Source: Heptranchias perlo (taxonomy: Eukaryota). Taken from it: DNA of 64,000 nt. A program made the position numbers and the translations under genes. Location of the stretch: NCBI RefSeq assembly GCF_035084215.1, contig NW_027139729.1:1116001-1180000 (forward strand), written 5' to 3'. Below the pieces are notes generated by a model. It saw only the letters and a program-made list of their open reading frames with translations. It had not been told where the DNA came from and did no database searches. How positions within the stretch are numbered: position 1 is the stretch's first letter; the number at the start of each line of letters is the position of its first letter. This document shows, piece after piece, positions 10,561 through 24,779 of this stretch.

Positions 10561-13500
10561 ATTAGATTGTGCCCCCTTGTTCTCCATTTCACCACCATAA
10601 CTGAATAAGGTCTATCGAGAGGTGTAAATTTGTAACTAATTCCATTAATCCATGGTAATTATCAATCGGTGCCCTTGGGTCTAATTACAAAAAACAGCAT
10701 GAAAAGTTGGAGATAAGGGGTTAATGCTGAGCACAACTTGCAGCTGCAGCACTGTGTTTATTGAGGAACATTAGTCTCCACCCACTGTGTAGATCTGTAT
10801 CTTCGTGACATCCAGCACACTGAAGGAGGAAGTTGAGTTAGGAGAAATTCCGAGAGCTGAATGCCGCCTGAGTTATTCACCAGAAACATTTATTCGTACA
10901 GACAGTACACACATGCACATAAATATCACAAAACACCTAAAATCGAGATGCAAGATGGAATAGAGAATGAAAAATAAGCAAGCAAACTGAAAATGGCCAG
11001 TACTGAAGAGAACAGTAAGAGCAGTTGGCTTCATAGCGGAAGAAAGCGGTTTCAACTCAGAGGAGGGTTAGTTCAAAGAAAGAGGAACTTAACCTCTGAC
11101 AGAAGGAACAATGTCTCAGCACCAACTGAATAACTATAAATATATTTACTAGATTATCCACTGAATGTGTTCAAATTTTTCTTCTCCCTTTTTTCTCTCT
11201 ATCTCCCCCAAAGAGGTGTATTCACGAAGGGAGTTGCTCAGGGCCGCCCTCCAATACCCCACCGCATTATCTGCTCATGTCTGAGTGCAGGGGGTTGATT
11301 GACCTGAGGTCAGCCGTGGTGACCCCTGGATAACTGTACCCTCCTAACGCGCATGCTCACTTCCAAGCATGGAACATATGGTATCGTAGAATCATGGAAT
11401 CAGAGAAGGTTACAGCACGGCAGCAGGTCATTCGGCCCATCGAGTCCGCGCCGGCTCCATACATGAGCAATGAAGCTAGTCCCACTGCCCCGCCAGAAAT
11501 AGCAGGGCTCGTCCGAGATGCAATAAGATGCGATAAGGCGACACTTGGCCGATATTTCATTCAATGGCTTTGGGGCACTGAGCCCACTGGTATCGCTGCT
11601 ATCACTCATCCCCACCCCGCACCCCCCCTCCCCGCCCCTTGATGGAGATCAGCAAACTCAGTGGATGTTGATTGTTGAATTTTCCTTTTATATACATCTT
11701 ACTCCTACACTGTAGACAGTAACTGGGCAATCGAGAGACCAATATCTCCCCTTTTCACCCCGTCTCAAGGCGCCTCATGGGAGCGTTATCAAACAAAATG
11801 TGACACCGAGCCGCTAAATGAGATGTTAGGTCAGGTGACCAACAGTTGGTCAAAGCTGTAGGTTTTAACAGACAGATTCTCAAAGATTCAATTGTCAAAG
11901 AAAAACTAGCTCCGAGATACTTTAATACCGATATGAAGAGAGATTGTCCCCTCTCCGTTACACTCCCCTCACCGTTACCCGCAGAGAATTCAGCACAAGC
12001 AAGCAACCGCTCTGAATGCTTTCCAATGTCGAGGGCTCCACGCCAAATTATGAGTTGCTTTCATCCACTGAGATACCGGAGTTCGGACACCGCCGGGTTC
12101 AGTCGCACTCTCCCGCTGACAGTTGCCAACTCAGACCGGGAATTGGTATAAAATTGTTTCACGACTCACCAAACAGCAGTAAAAAGCCGGTTGTATCCAT
12201 TTTCGAAGAAGTGCTACTTTGAGGCATGAGAGCTGCAAGGAACGGCGACAGAATCACTTGCTCCAACTCACAGAAGGACAAACCCGGAAGGGTTGAGAGA
12301 CTTGAGAGCGGATATGGAGGATGGATGGGAATGAGTTGGTCCCCACAATTAAAGTAACAGCACCGAGTTTTGTACAACCTGAAATAAGATGTGGTTTGGA
12401 ACATTGCAATGATCCAATATGGCGGCCTTTGACTATTAGACGGTGATCATAGGATGAAGGGGTTAGAATGGACCATTTACCCAGAACAACACCGTAAATC
12501 ATTTGTGTTCAGTTAGAACGATTGCTCCCATCATGGTCAGGATCTCCATTGCTGGGAAGGGACTGTGTCCCACTTCAGGCACTCGGTGTCAGCATCAAGC
12601 ACCCAAAATTCAGGCGCAGCAAAATGTAACAACAAAGTGCCTCAACCCAAACCTCGATCATTGCTTTTCTATTTCCCAAAACAGCCCTCCCGTGGGCTTG
12701 TTTAGTGAAGTGTTTTCCTTATTACATTACAGACGATTAAAAATAAAACTGGAACATCCAAACCCGGTAGCAATTTAGTTCCACGGGTGTCTGGTACAAT
12801 GAATATAGATGGATATGTTCAATGTGACTCTGATATTGAGTTGGTTTACTCTCTCATATCGCCCTGGTAACGACTGTGAGAATGAAAATACCACCTCCAG
12901 CTTTCTCCAACCGCCAATTTCAAACCGTTTCTCGACAATAGAACCAAAACACAGCGCTCCGCAAAAACCCTTACAGACTCGGTCTTCATATTCACGGATT
13001 CCCAGAAGCCTGGAGCTTTTAAATAAACCCCTTACAATTAACAGTCAGTAATATTCCTGCCTAAATACAGTCCCTTCGATAACAAGTCAACCCGCCTCCT
13101 TCCATTGCAGTCCCAGACCCGATTCTATCTCCCCACACATCCCCTCGCAGACGGGTTCAGCAGTTTACAAACACCTTATTCCAGCTGATTTGGAGAATCT
13201 CGTGTGTTGGTGTTTGAGTTGTGGCGCAGAATTTCTCCGCCAGTGTTACCGTCTCACAGAGACTCTCGCCCTGAATCTGTTAAAAAAAAATGAGCATGAA
13301 CTGGGACTGGAGCCGAACACATCCCCAGTTACTGTGAGGCCCGGCCCGGACATCTCATTTTCTCTGTTTTATATCAGACGGTCTCCCACCTTCATGTTCA
13401 GCACTAGAGAGAGACAAACACACACTGTCAGTCTTACACTTCCAATCAGTGTGTCTATATCACACTTGCCAATAGTATCCAACATACGTATACAGCTCCA

Positions 13501-14207
13501 GAGAGAGAGAGAACGACAGACATAAACAGTATTTGTTCCAGACTGATCTGTAAAGTTGCGTTTTATCCAGAAAGATCCCGTTGGAGAGACAAAAGATGCG
13601 GTCTCATCTCTCACTGTTATTGTACCAGAGACAGGCACGCATTTAATCCCAAACTCAGGGACAGTGCAGAGAGTGACAAAAACAATGGGCGACATTTAAC
13701 CCTCTTTTGCCTGTTCTACCATCTGCAGTTATGCAGCTCAGGGCCTTTTGGTATAACTCTCATTGACCGAGAGTTTCACTCCGGTTAAGTTAATCTGTGA
13801 CTTTTGCTGTCAGATATGAATGCTATACGGTCCCAACAAACACACCGACTCACTCTTACCTCGTCTGTTTCTCCAGGATTGGTTTGAGAAATCCTCGCAT
13901 CAGTTTTATCAGTAAAGGGGCCAAGAATGAACAGAATCCATAGGTTCATTTCAGAACCGCTGAGAGAAACAGCAGGGATGGAAACATCTAGTTTAATAGT
14001 TAGAGATTGTAAAGTCAGTCTGGATTCCAGCGTTAGGCACTGGTGGAATCCCATCTGTTTTCCATTCTGGTGCCTGTTCCTGCACTGCCTGTGGACCCCA
14101 TTCCCTCTGACCTTTCCCCCAGACCCACTTCCTTTGCTCAGACTCGGAAAAATTCCAATTGGGGAAAGTTTCCATCGATTTTTGTATTGGGAATTAAACC
14201 AGTTATC

Positions 14208-14330
14208 TGCGCATGCGTGACTCAGCCCCGCCCCCAGCGCTGGCCGTTGGTGAGCAGAAGAGCGCATGCGCGCTGCCCTCCCCCAGCTCGGCCTGTGGGC
14301 GCCATTCCCTCAGTGAGCGGAAGAAGATGG
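14208..14330 (+). promoter_or_regulatory. CpG-rich promoter: 2x NRF1, GC box, ETS and YY1-like motifs (copy A)
   Basis: TGCGCATGCG, GCCCCGCCCC, GCGCATGCGC, CGGAAG and AAGATGG within 125 bp. Confidence 0.7.
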
Positions 14331-15155
14331 TTTAAAACAGCCGGGAATGGAGAGATCACGGCCCCCGGGGGAAGGGAGCAAAGAGCAGCCTCGTTACAGC
14401 AGCTCATCGCTTCGGGACCGTGTCCGCAGATGGGCTCAGAGATCGGCATTGAGTCCGGGGGAAGGTCAGGGGGAGTCCGGGGGCTGTTTGTAAGAGGCGG
14501 AGTGGATCAGGAACTGGTCCCGGAACATGGAGTGAGCGGGGGAAGGGAGAGGTCATTCTCGGGCTGTGTGTGTCCAGGGTGTGTCCAGGGTAAAGGAGAC
14601 AGAATGGGAAGAACCTGCTATTTAAAATCATTGCTGCTTTCTCTCCCCAAAGCAGTGGTGAATGTTCCTCGTTTAGTTCCAGTCTCACGCTGTTTATTGT
14701 TATTGGACAGTGAAGAGTGGAAACAGAGCTGGACAGTCAGGATGTGGGGAGTTATACAAAGAGCATCAATTGCAGGCATCAGGTGAGAAGTGTGAAGGAC
14801 ACATTTTAAACAGCGGCTGTTTGGTTTCCTTTGAACGGTTAGTCCCATGGGAGAGGGGATTAGAATCCTGACCTGTACAAACGTCCCAGCCCCATCGGGT
14901 CGTCCCATTCATTTGTTAGTGGAGGGGTTGGGTTGTGTCTGGATGTCAATATATTGTTGTAAAACAGCCCAACAACCTGGTGTGCAGAAGCTGGGTGCTG
15001 CAGTACTGCAGTGGAGTCAGACACTGACACTGTTTGAATCGCTGATTTACATTTATGGATATTCAAAATAATTATTAACAGATATTAAACTGATCACTTC
15101 TGTATTTTCTTCATCACCTGTTCTTGAGTTACCAGACATACGTTTCTTTCTACAG

Positions 15156-15242
15156 GCAAACCCTTGAAGGATCCATAATAAATGTGATGTTTCCTCCACC
15201 CGAGGCACAAGGAACAGTGCAGTCAGCTCCTTCTCACACACA
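15156..15242 (+). other. Putative 87-nt non-coding exon (copy A)
   Basis: TTTCTTTCTACAG acceptor and GTAAGT donor; same length in four units. Confidence 0.55.
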
Positions 15243-15659
15243 GTAAGTACATTATCACACACAGAGCACGGAGTCACAGACAGGTCAACAGTTCCACAGT
15301 CTCAGACAGCAGAAGTACTCAGTCCCACAATGATCCCAAGTTCCAGAGACACATTTTCAATCCACAGTCAAACAGAACAGGTGAGGCAGACACTGTTCCA
15401 TTTCCCCCGAACTCAGTCCCGCTGACAGGGAGATACAAAAATCCAAGTCCAAAATCACACTCTCAGATTGTCTATCTCACAAAGGGGCAACATTAGCCAT
15501 GAATTAAATACCAGATAGAAATCACACATGGTACCCGATTGAAAGGTAAAGAATGAATCCCAATAACGTTCCTCGAGATTCCTATTGAATTCGAGCCCAG
15601 AACTCTCACACACATGTGAGTTTAATACATGCAGTATCCATTCAAATAGTGTACCATTC

Positions 15660-18600
15660 GAATACAAATTGCTAGTGCAAAACTCACGTACAGTATCAGA
15701 TTGAGAAATGCTGTGACAGTGTAACCTGAGAAACAAATTAGATACCAGTTTATAATACACTCATAGTATGAGATTAAAAGATACTGTATCAATTCTGTTC
15801 ATCCAGACCGAGATACACATTACACACGAGTCCAAAAATCTTATGAAACAAAGTTTAAAGTTACAGTATCAATTCCTTTAGTGCAGACTGATCTACACAT
15901 TAAATACCAATTCACAATATCATTTTGAAAGATTCATTATCATTCACAATAGTAATCACAGAAATACACATTTAATACGAGTCCAAAAAGCACACAAATT
16001 ATCTGATTAAAACCTCCAGCATCAAATCCTAAAGTGTATCCATTTTGACCAATTAAATAATGTGAAAAACTATTTAAACATTAAGACATTAAAGCTACAG
16101 TATTGAATACCATAATGTAATCTGAGAGAATAATTCCATACAGATACAGAATGAATCTCACACGCAGATACAGTACAGAGACACACAGACACAGAATGAA
16201 TCCCACACTCACATACAGTACGAGAGGTTGCCAGACATAAATTCAATCCCACACTGAAGTACGGTACAAGAGATGACAGATACAGAATGAATCCCACACT
16301 GGCCATACAGTACCAAGGACTGACAGATATCAAGTTCATCCCACACTCTCATAAAGCACTAGAGACTTACAAGTAAAGTATGAATCCCACACTCACACAT
16401 AGTACCAGAAACTGACAGATACAGATTGAATCTCACACTCACACACAGCACCAGAGACTGACAGATACAGAATGAATCCCACACTCACACACAGTACCTG
16501 AGAACTGCAGATATAGAATGAATCCCACACTCACACACAGTACCAGAGACTGACAGATACAGAATGAATCCCACACTCACACACAGTACCAGAGACTGAC
16601 AGATACAGAATGAATCCCACACTCACACACAGTACCTGAGAACTGCAGATACAGAATGAATCCCACACTCACACACAGCACCAGAGACTGACAGATACAG
16701 AATGAATCTCACACTCACACACAGTACCAGAGACTGACAGATACAGAATGAATCTCACACTCACACACAGTACCAGAGACTGACAGATACAGAATGAATC
16801 CCACACTCACCCACAGTACATGAGAATTGCAGATATAGAATCAATCCCACACTCACACACAGCACCAGAGAATTGCAGATATAGAATGAATCCCACACTC
16901 ACACACAGCACCAGAGAATGACAGATACAGAATGAATCCCACACTCACACACAGTACCAGAGATTCACAGATACAGAATCAATCCCACACTCACATACAT
17001 TATGAGAAACTGCTTATACGGAAATAATTCAACACCCACACACAGTACTGGAGAATGTATATACAGAATGAATCCCACACTCAAATTGAGTACCAGAGAG
17101 TGACAGATACAGCATGAATCCCAAACTCACATGCAGTACCAGAGACTGAGAGATGCAAAGTGAATCTCACAGTCACCTATATTCGTGCAGGCTGAGTTAC
17201 AAATTACTTACCAGAGCAAAAATCTCACAGTCACAGATTGAAAGATAACGTATCAATTCCATCAATGCAGGCTTGGTTACACATTACGTACCAGTCCAAA
17301 AATCTCACAGTGTCAGATTGAAAGATACAGTGTCAATTCCATTAGTGCAGACTGAGCTACACATTAGAAACCACGACAACAAAACTGTTACAGATTCAGA
17401 CTGAAATATACAGTATTCTATTCATGCAGACTGAGCTCCACATTATATACAAGTTCAAAAATGTCACCATATCAGTTTGGAAGATGCACAAATTCACAAT
17501 TGTTTTCCCATCGATACAGATTTAATAGAAGTCCAAAAATAGATGCCCACATTATCTGATTATATCCGACAGCATTACATTTTAAAACATATCATTATCT
17601 ACCAATTAAAGACTGGGAAATAATATTCATACATTAAGGTATTAAAGATACAGATTTGAACACCATACTGTAAACGGAAATACAAATTAGATACAGATAA
17701 AGAATGAATCTCACACTCCGATAGAGTGCCAGAGACTGATACATAGAATGAATCCCAAACTCATACAATCTACCAGAGACTGACAGATTCAAAATGAATC
17801 CCACACTCACACATTATCGCACAGACTGACAGATACAGAATTTATCTCACTGATCCACAGCATCAGAAATTGTTAGATACAGAATGAATGTCTCACCCAC
17901 ACACAATACTAGAGACTGACAGATACAGAATGAATCCCACACCCACACACAATACCAGAGACTGACAGATACAGAAGGAATCCCTCATCCACACACAATA
18001 CCAGAGACTGACAGATACAGAATGATTCCCACACTCACATAGAGTACCAGGAACAGAATGAATTTCACTCACATACAGTAGCAGAAACTGACAGATACAG
18101 AATGAATATCACAGTCACATTACTGCAGACTGAGTTACACTTTACAGACCAGTCCAAAGATCTCCTGGTGCCAGATTGAAAGATACAGTATAAATTCCAT
18201 TAGTGCAGACTGAGCGACATATTTGATATATTGGTAAATACTCAGTATTATACTGAAATAAATAGTATCAATACCATTGGTACAGACTGAGCTACACATT
18301 ATATACCAGTCCAAAAACCTCATAAATGAGCAGACAGGAAGATACAGTTTCTATTCTATTAGTACCACCTGAGCTGTACAATACATACAAGACTGAAAAT
18401 CCCATACAAAATTAGACTGAAAGATACAGTATCGATTTCATTAGTGCAGACTGAGCCACACATTATATAGCAGTCCAACAATCTCATATCCTATCAGACT
18501 CAAAGATACAACATCAATTCCATCAGCACAGACTGAGCTACATGTTACTCACCAGTCCTAAAATCTCAGAGAATGAGATTGAAAGATTCAGTATCACTTC

Positions 18601-20540
18601 CATTATTGAAGACTGAGCTACACATCACATTCCAGTCCAAAAATCTCATACAGTATCAGACTGATAGATAGAGTATCAATTCCTTTAGTTCAGGATGAGC
18701 TACATATTGCTTACCAGTCCAAAAATCTCACACAGTGTTCGACTCCGATACAGAATTAGTCCCATTATTGCAGACTGAAGTACACATTACATACCAGTCC
18801 AGTAATTTCAACATGAACAGATTGAAAGGTACATTGTCATTCACAATAGAGTTTAGAGATTAATATGTAATACCACTCCAAAACTCACACACATTCTTTG
18901 ATTAAGGAAAATCAAAAGAAATCCATATTTACAAATTAAATAATCAACGGAGAACTATATATAATTTAAAGTATTAAAGATACAGTTTCAAATAAGATAC
19001 TGTAAACTGAAATAAGAATACAGAATGAATTCAGACTTGCACATTGTCTCAGAGGCTGAATTACAGAATGAATCCCACACTGAGATAAAGTTGCAGAGAA
19101 TGGCAGATACAGAATGAATCCCACATTCACATACAGCACCAGAGACTAACAGATACAGAATGAATCCCACACTCACATACAGTACCAGAGACTGACAGAT
19201 ATAGAATGAATCCTACACTCACATACAGTACCACGAACAGAATGAATCTCACTCATGCACAGTACCAGGGGCTGACAGATAAAAAATGAATCTCACACTC
19301 ACAAACAGTACCAGAGACTGACAGATACAGAATGAATCTCACACTCACAAACAGTACCAGAGACTGACAGATACAGAATGAAGCTCACACTCACATACAG
19401 TACCAGAGACTGACAGATACAGAATGAATCTCACACTCACAAACAGTACCAGAGACTGACAGATACAGAATGAATCTCACAATCACATTACTGCAGACTG
19501 AGTTGCGCATTACATACCAGTCCAAAAATCTCATCGTGTCAGATTGAAAGATACAGTGTCAATTCCATTGGTGCAGACTGAGCTACATATTCGATATATT
19601 GGTAATACTCATGTTATACTGAAATAAACATTATCAATACCATTGGTACAGACTGAGCTGCACATTGCATTCGAGTCCACAAACCCCATAAATGATCAGA
19701 CTGGAAGGTATAGTTTAAATTCTATTCACACCACCTGAGCTAAAATTATATAACAGCCCAACAATCTCATACAATATTAGACTGAAAGATACAGTATCGA
19801 TTCCGTGAGTGCAGACAGGGCCACAGATTATATAGCAGTCCAACAATGTCACAACATATCAGACTCAAAGATACAATTTCAATTCCATTAGCCTGGACTG
19901 AGCTATCTGTTACTCACCAGTCCAAAAGTCTCTCACAGTGTTAGACTCCGACACAGAATTCATCCCATTATTGCAGTCTTAGCTACACATTACATACTAG
20001 TCCAATAATTTCAAAGTGAACAGATTGAAAGGTACATTATCATTCACAATAGAGTTCAGAGATTAAGATGTAATACCACTCCAAAACTCACACACATTGT
20101 TTGATTAAAGAAAATCGAAAAGTGTATCCATATTATCAAATCAAATACTCGACAAAGACCTGTATATAATTTGGAGTGTTAAAGATACAGTTTCAAGTAC
20201 GATACTCTGAACTGAAATAAGAATATGGAATGAATTCAGACTTGCACATTGTCTCAGAGACTGAATTACATAATGAATCCCACACTGAGATAAAGCAGCA
20301 GAGAATGGCAGATACAGAATGAATCCCACTCACACAGACAGTACCAGAGACTGACAGGTACATAGTTAATTCCACACTCACACACAGCACCAGAGACTGG
20401 CAGTGATGGAATTAACCTCACACTGACATAAAGCACCAGAAACTGTCAGATACAGAATAAACCCCACTCTCATGTACAGTATCAGAGATAGACAGATACA
20501 GAATAAACCCCACTCTCATGTACAGTATCAGAGACTGACC
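15660..20540. repeat. Alternating 46-bp and ~82-bp satellite blocks
   Basis: 46-mer ACAGTACCAGAGACTGACAGATACAGAATGAATCCCACACTCACAC (e.g. 16140-17170, 19020-19480); ~82-mer CAGACTGAAAGATACAGTATCAATTCCATTAGTGCAGACTGAGCTACACATT...CCAGTCCAAAAATCTCA (e.g. 18120-18830). Confidence 0.9.
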
Positions 20541-21742
20541 TCTACTGGACGTAAGCGAGAACTGTAAAAGAGCGGAACAAATTCACATTATCTGTGGTGG
20601 TTACAGAAACAGGACAATGTGCAATGTGAGGAAAGTTTCTGTCTGTAACTTTTACTCTTCTATTTTAGCACATTTTGACAGTGAAACATGAAGACAATTG
20701 ATTAATAATAATTTTTTTGTTTCAATCATTCGATAGTTGTGAATTTGCCCCATTATATTTCACTGTACATTGCGCAGTGTTTCTCTCTGATTTCTTAGGA
20801 CACGATTTACATTGCTCCTCTACCCCATTTAGACTCTTATTTTCCATGCAGTATGTGGCCTCCTTATTCCCCGTAGCGAAATGTAGCATCTCACACCTTT
20901 CCATATTGAAATTCAATGGCCATTTACACGGCCGTTCTGCAAGTTTATTTTGTCCCAGTCTTCCTCAGTATTGACAATACCCCCGAAATCTATTTGAAGA
21001 ATTTAACAGAGTATTAGAAGTAGTGTTTGGTCAAACCAAATGTACTTGCAGCTCGTCTCCATTCCCAGTTTTTCTAAATCCCACCCGTGCAATATAATGT
21101 GAAGAATGAGTTTATCTTCTGTCCCTCTCTCATCTGTAAACTTCAATGACCCGGGGTTTGGGGACATCTACTGGCCGGAAGCAGAACTGCAACAGTTCGG
21201 AACAAATTGCTGAAACCGGACAATGTGCAGTGTGAGCGTGTTTGTGATTGGTGGCAGGTATTAAATCTGATTTTTTTAAACCCACCCATTAAACTTTAGT
21301 GTTTGTTATTGAACAGTAAACAGAGCCGGACAGTAAGGATGTGGGGAGTTATACAAAGAGCATCTATTGCAGGCATCAGGTGAGAAGTTTGAAGGACACA
21401 TTTTAAGCAGCGGCAGTTTTGCTTCGGTTGAACGCTTAATCCCAAGGTAGAGGGAAATAGAAATCTGATATGTGCAAAGGTCCCGTCCCCATCGGGTAGT
21501 CCCAATCATGGTTGGGTTGTGTCTGGATGTCACTAAATTGTTGTAAAACGGCCCAAGACAACTGGTGTGCAGAAGCTGAGTGCTGCAGTACTGCAGTGGA
21601 GTCAGACACTGACACTGTTTGTATCGGTGGTTTTCATTTGTGGATATTAAAATGATTATTAACAGAGAGATTCAATTGATCACTTTTGTATTTTCTACTT
21701 CACCTGTTCTTGAATTACAAGAGATACTTTTTCTTCCTACAG

Positions 21743-21829
21743 TCAAATCCATGAAGGACCCAGAATCAGTGTGATGTTTCCTCCACCCGAGGCACAAGGA
21801 ACAGTGCAGCCAGCTCCTTCTCACACACA
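21743..21829 (+). other. Putative 87-nt non-coding exon (copy B)
   Basis: TTCTTCCTACAG acceptor, GTATGT donor. Confidence 0.45.
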
Positions 21830-22279
21830 GTATGTATATTATCACTCACAGTGCACAGAGACACAGACAGGTCATCAGTCCCACAGTCTCAGACAGCAGA
21901 AATAGTGAGTCCCACACTGATCCCAATCCAACAGTCAAACAGAGCAGGAGAGACAGACGGAATTTCCATTTCACAACAACTCAGTACCACTGATCGGCAG
22001 ATAAATAATTCCCAGTCCAAAATCACACCCAGTATCAGATTGAAAGGCACTGTGTCAATCTCACATTAGTTCAGCCTTAGCTACAAATTAACTACCAGAT
22101 AGAACTGACACATGGTACCGATTGATAGGTACAGAATGAATCACAATAGTGTACTCCAAGATTCAAATTAAATACCAGCCCACAACTCACACACATTATG
22201 AGTTTAAAGATGCAGTATTCATGTCAATATTTTACCCTGAGATACAAATTAGATAACAGTTCAGATGTTACCCATATTT

Positions 22280-23470
22280 GACTCACATATATGTACAAAA
22301 ACCTCATAGTGTCAGAATGAAATGTCCAGTTTCAATTCCTTTACTGCAGATTGAGGTACACATTAGATACCAGTCCAAAATTCTCATACAATATAAGATT
22401 GAAAGACACAGTTTCAATCCCATTAGTGCAGATTGAGCTATACATTATATACCAGTCCAAAATTCGCATGCAGTATTAGACAGGAAGATAAAATATCAAT
22501 TCCTTTACTGCAGACAGAGGATCACATTAGATACCTGTCCAAAAATCACGTACAGTATCATACTGAAAGATATAGTATCGATTTGATTCGTACAGACTGG
22601 TCGACACGATACATGCAAGTACACAAATCTCACACAGTATCAGACTGGAAGATGCAGTATCAATTCCATTAGTGCAGACTGAGCTACACCTTACAAACCA
22701 GTCTAAATATATTGCACAGTGTCAGACTGAAAGGTACAGTATGAATTCCATTAGTGCAGACTGAGCTACACATTATATACCGTCCAAAATTCACATACAT
22801 CATCATACTGAAACAGACAGTGTGAATCCTATTAGTGTAGACTCAGCTACACATTAGAAACCAGTCCAAAAATCTCTCGCAGTGTCTGACTGAAAGTTAA
22901 GAGTGTCATTTCCATTAGTACACACTGAACCACACATTACACACCGGTCCAAAAATCTCATAGAATGTCAGACTGGAAGATACAATATCAATTCCATTAG
23001 CCCAGACTGAGCGACACAATAAATACCAGTCCAATAATTTCACAGTAAAAGATTGAAATGTACATTATCTTCACAGAGATTAAGATGTAATCCTAAAACA
23101 AAACTCACACACGTTGTTTGATTTAAACAAAATCCAAAAGTGTATCCATATTTACAAATTAATGAAAAATTTGCATACATTAATGAATTAAAGATACAGT
23201 TTCAAGCAACATACTGTAACCTGAAACAATATTACAGAAGGAATCCAGACTTGCACTTTGCCCAGAGACTGAGTTACAGAATGACTCCCACACTGTGATA
23301 AAATACCAGAGACTGCCAGTCACAGAATGAATGCACCACTCATACACATTCCCAGAGATTGACTGATACAGAATGAATCCCACACTCACAGAATGAATTG
23401 GAGACTGATGGATATAGATTGAATATCACACTCATATACAGTACCAGAGAATTAATCCCACACTCACGTA
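22280..23470. repeat. ~82-bp satellite array followed by degenerate 46-mers
   Basis: Unit starts at 22641, 22723, 22804 and 22886 (81-82 bp period). Confidence 0.85.
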
Positions 23471-23846
23471 TAGTCTGACATCTACTGGCCATAAGTGAGA
23501 ACTGTAACAGAGTGGAACAAATTCACATTATCTGTCGTTGTTGCAGATTCAGGACAATGTGCAATGTGAGGAAATAGTTTCTCTCTAACTTCTACTCTCG
23601 TATTTTTTCATATTTTGTTCGTGAAAAATTAGACAATTGATTCATAATAAAGTATTTGTTTTGCTCATTCGAAAGTTGCCCCATTATGTTTCACTCTACA
23701 TTGCGCAATATTTCTGTCTGATTTCTCAGGACACGATTTATATTAATTCAAATAAACCGAACTGAAACACAAATAAAAACAGAGCGCTAATCTGGAAGTT
23801 TCAATGACGACCGTCAGCAGTGAAAGGGATAAAACATAGAAAAATT

Positions 23847-23946
23847 AAAACTGAAAATGCTGGAAAGACTCAGCAGGTCCGGCAGCATCTGTGGAGAAGG
23901 GAAGCTCGGGTTAACGGTTCAGGACTATGACCCTTCTATAGATCAG
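23847..23946 (-). mobile_element. Short repeat fragment, probably a different PLE 3' end with a decayed hammerhead
   Basis: Minus strand AGGGTCATAGTCCTGAACCGTTAAC...CTCCACAGATGCTGCCGGACCTGCTGAGT resembles a shark repeat recalled from memory; the ribozyme core is not intact. Confidence 0.4.
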
Positions 23947-24693
23947 AAAGGTTAATCCGACATAATTTAAATAAAGAACGGGAATCAGCAGAGGAAAAGA
24001 CTGCAGAAAATCAATTAATTTCACTGAATCTGGGCAATTGTGTCCCGCATCCACTGTACAGATCAGCATGAATAATAATACAAAGGATCAGAGTTAAATT
24101 CAACGTTATGGGGGAAATACATTAATTTAAAACATTTTTAAATATAAATTAGACCCGTTTGTGTTTTGGAAACACTATCCCTCTGAACATCATCAAATTC
24201 GGTTCCAGTCTTGGTGTTTCTGAATTCAGCGTGCTGGGATTCAAACCTGTTGGAATTAACTGCTTGGAAGGCAGCTATACTCACCATTATAGCGCCTTAT
24301 TTCACCAGGAGGGAGAAATGGAATGTTTTTGTGGAGTTTGGGACCGAATTGCTCCCTTTGGGTTTCTGGCACTAAAAACATAGACAATAAATATTTCCCA
24401 AACATCAGCCCCTGAACAGACACAACAAGCTGATGGAATTTCTCTTTTATAGATAATAAATAAGAGGATGACACAAGCGAATAGGAAGAGGTTGGGAAGA
24501 AGTCACAAAAACAATTAGGGAAGGAAACAGGAACCACGAAATCAAATTATCAAGGAATATCAAAAGAAATAATAAATTGTTCCACAGACACAAAAATAAC
24601 AAAAGGAAAATCAGAATATCTTGAGGGTCACCCGGGGATTCACGAGATAAACTGACAGGTAACGTCAGCGAAATGGCAGAAATATTGAGGTTT

Positions 24694-24728
24694 GGGGACA
24701 TCTACTGGCCGGAAGCAGAACTGCAACA
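24694..24728 (-). promoter_or_regulatory. CTCF-like site with upstream module
   Basis: Minus strand TGCAGTTC-TGCTTCCGG-CCAGTAGATGTCCCC. Confidence 0.6.
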
Positions 24729-24779
24729 GTTCGGAACAAATTGCTGAAACCGGACAATGTGCAGTGTGAGCGTGTTTGT

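Larger units (their letters stand above)
12890..20810 (+). repeat. Unit A: histone-less relic of the histone repeat unit
   Basis: 12890-13380 matches the H4-H1 spacer 29092-29570; 13390 onward matches 31575 onward (promoter, exons, satellites). Confidence 0.85.
21155..23745 (+). repeat. Unit B: relic unit lacking all histone genes and the CpG promoter
   Basis: 21155-21270 matches the H2B upstream region 24689-24805, then jumps to exon/satellite sequence matching 14690 onward. Confidence 0.8.

Noticed and set aside
14043-14786. 247/191/246-aa ORFs over the CpG promoter (also 32411 and 60740)
   Set aside because: GC-rich, no recognisable domain, non-ATG start, and stops differ among the copies.
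14997-15012. Palindrome CTGCAGTACTGCAG as an intronic ncRNA
   Set aside because: Too short, broken in unit C, and no snoRNA boxes or miRNA-length stem.
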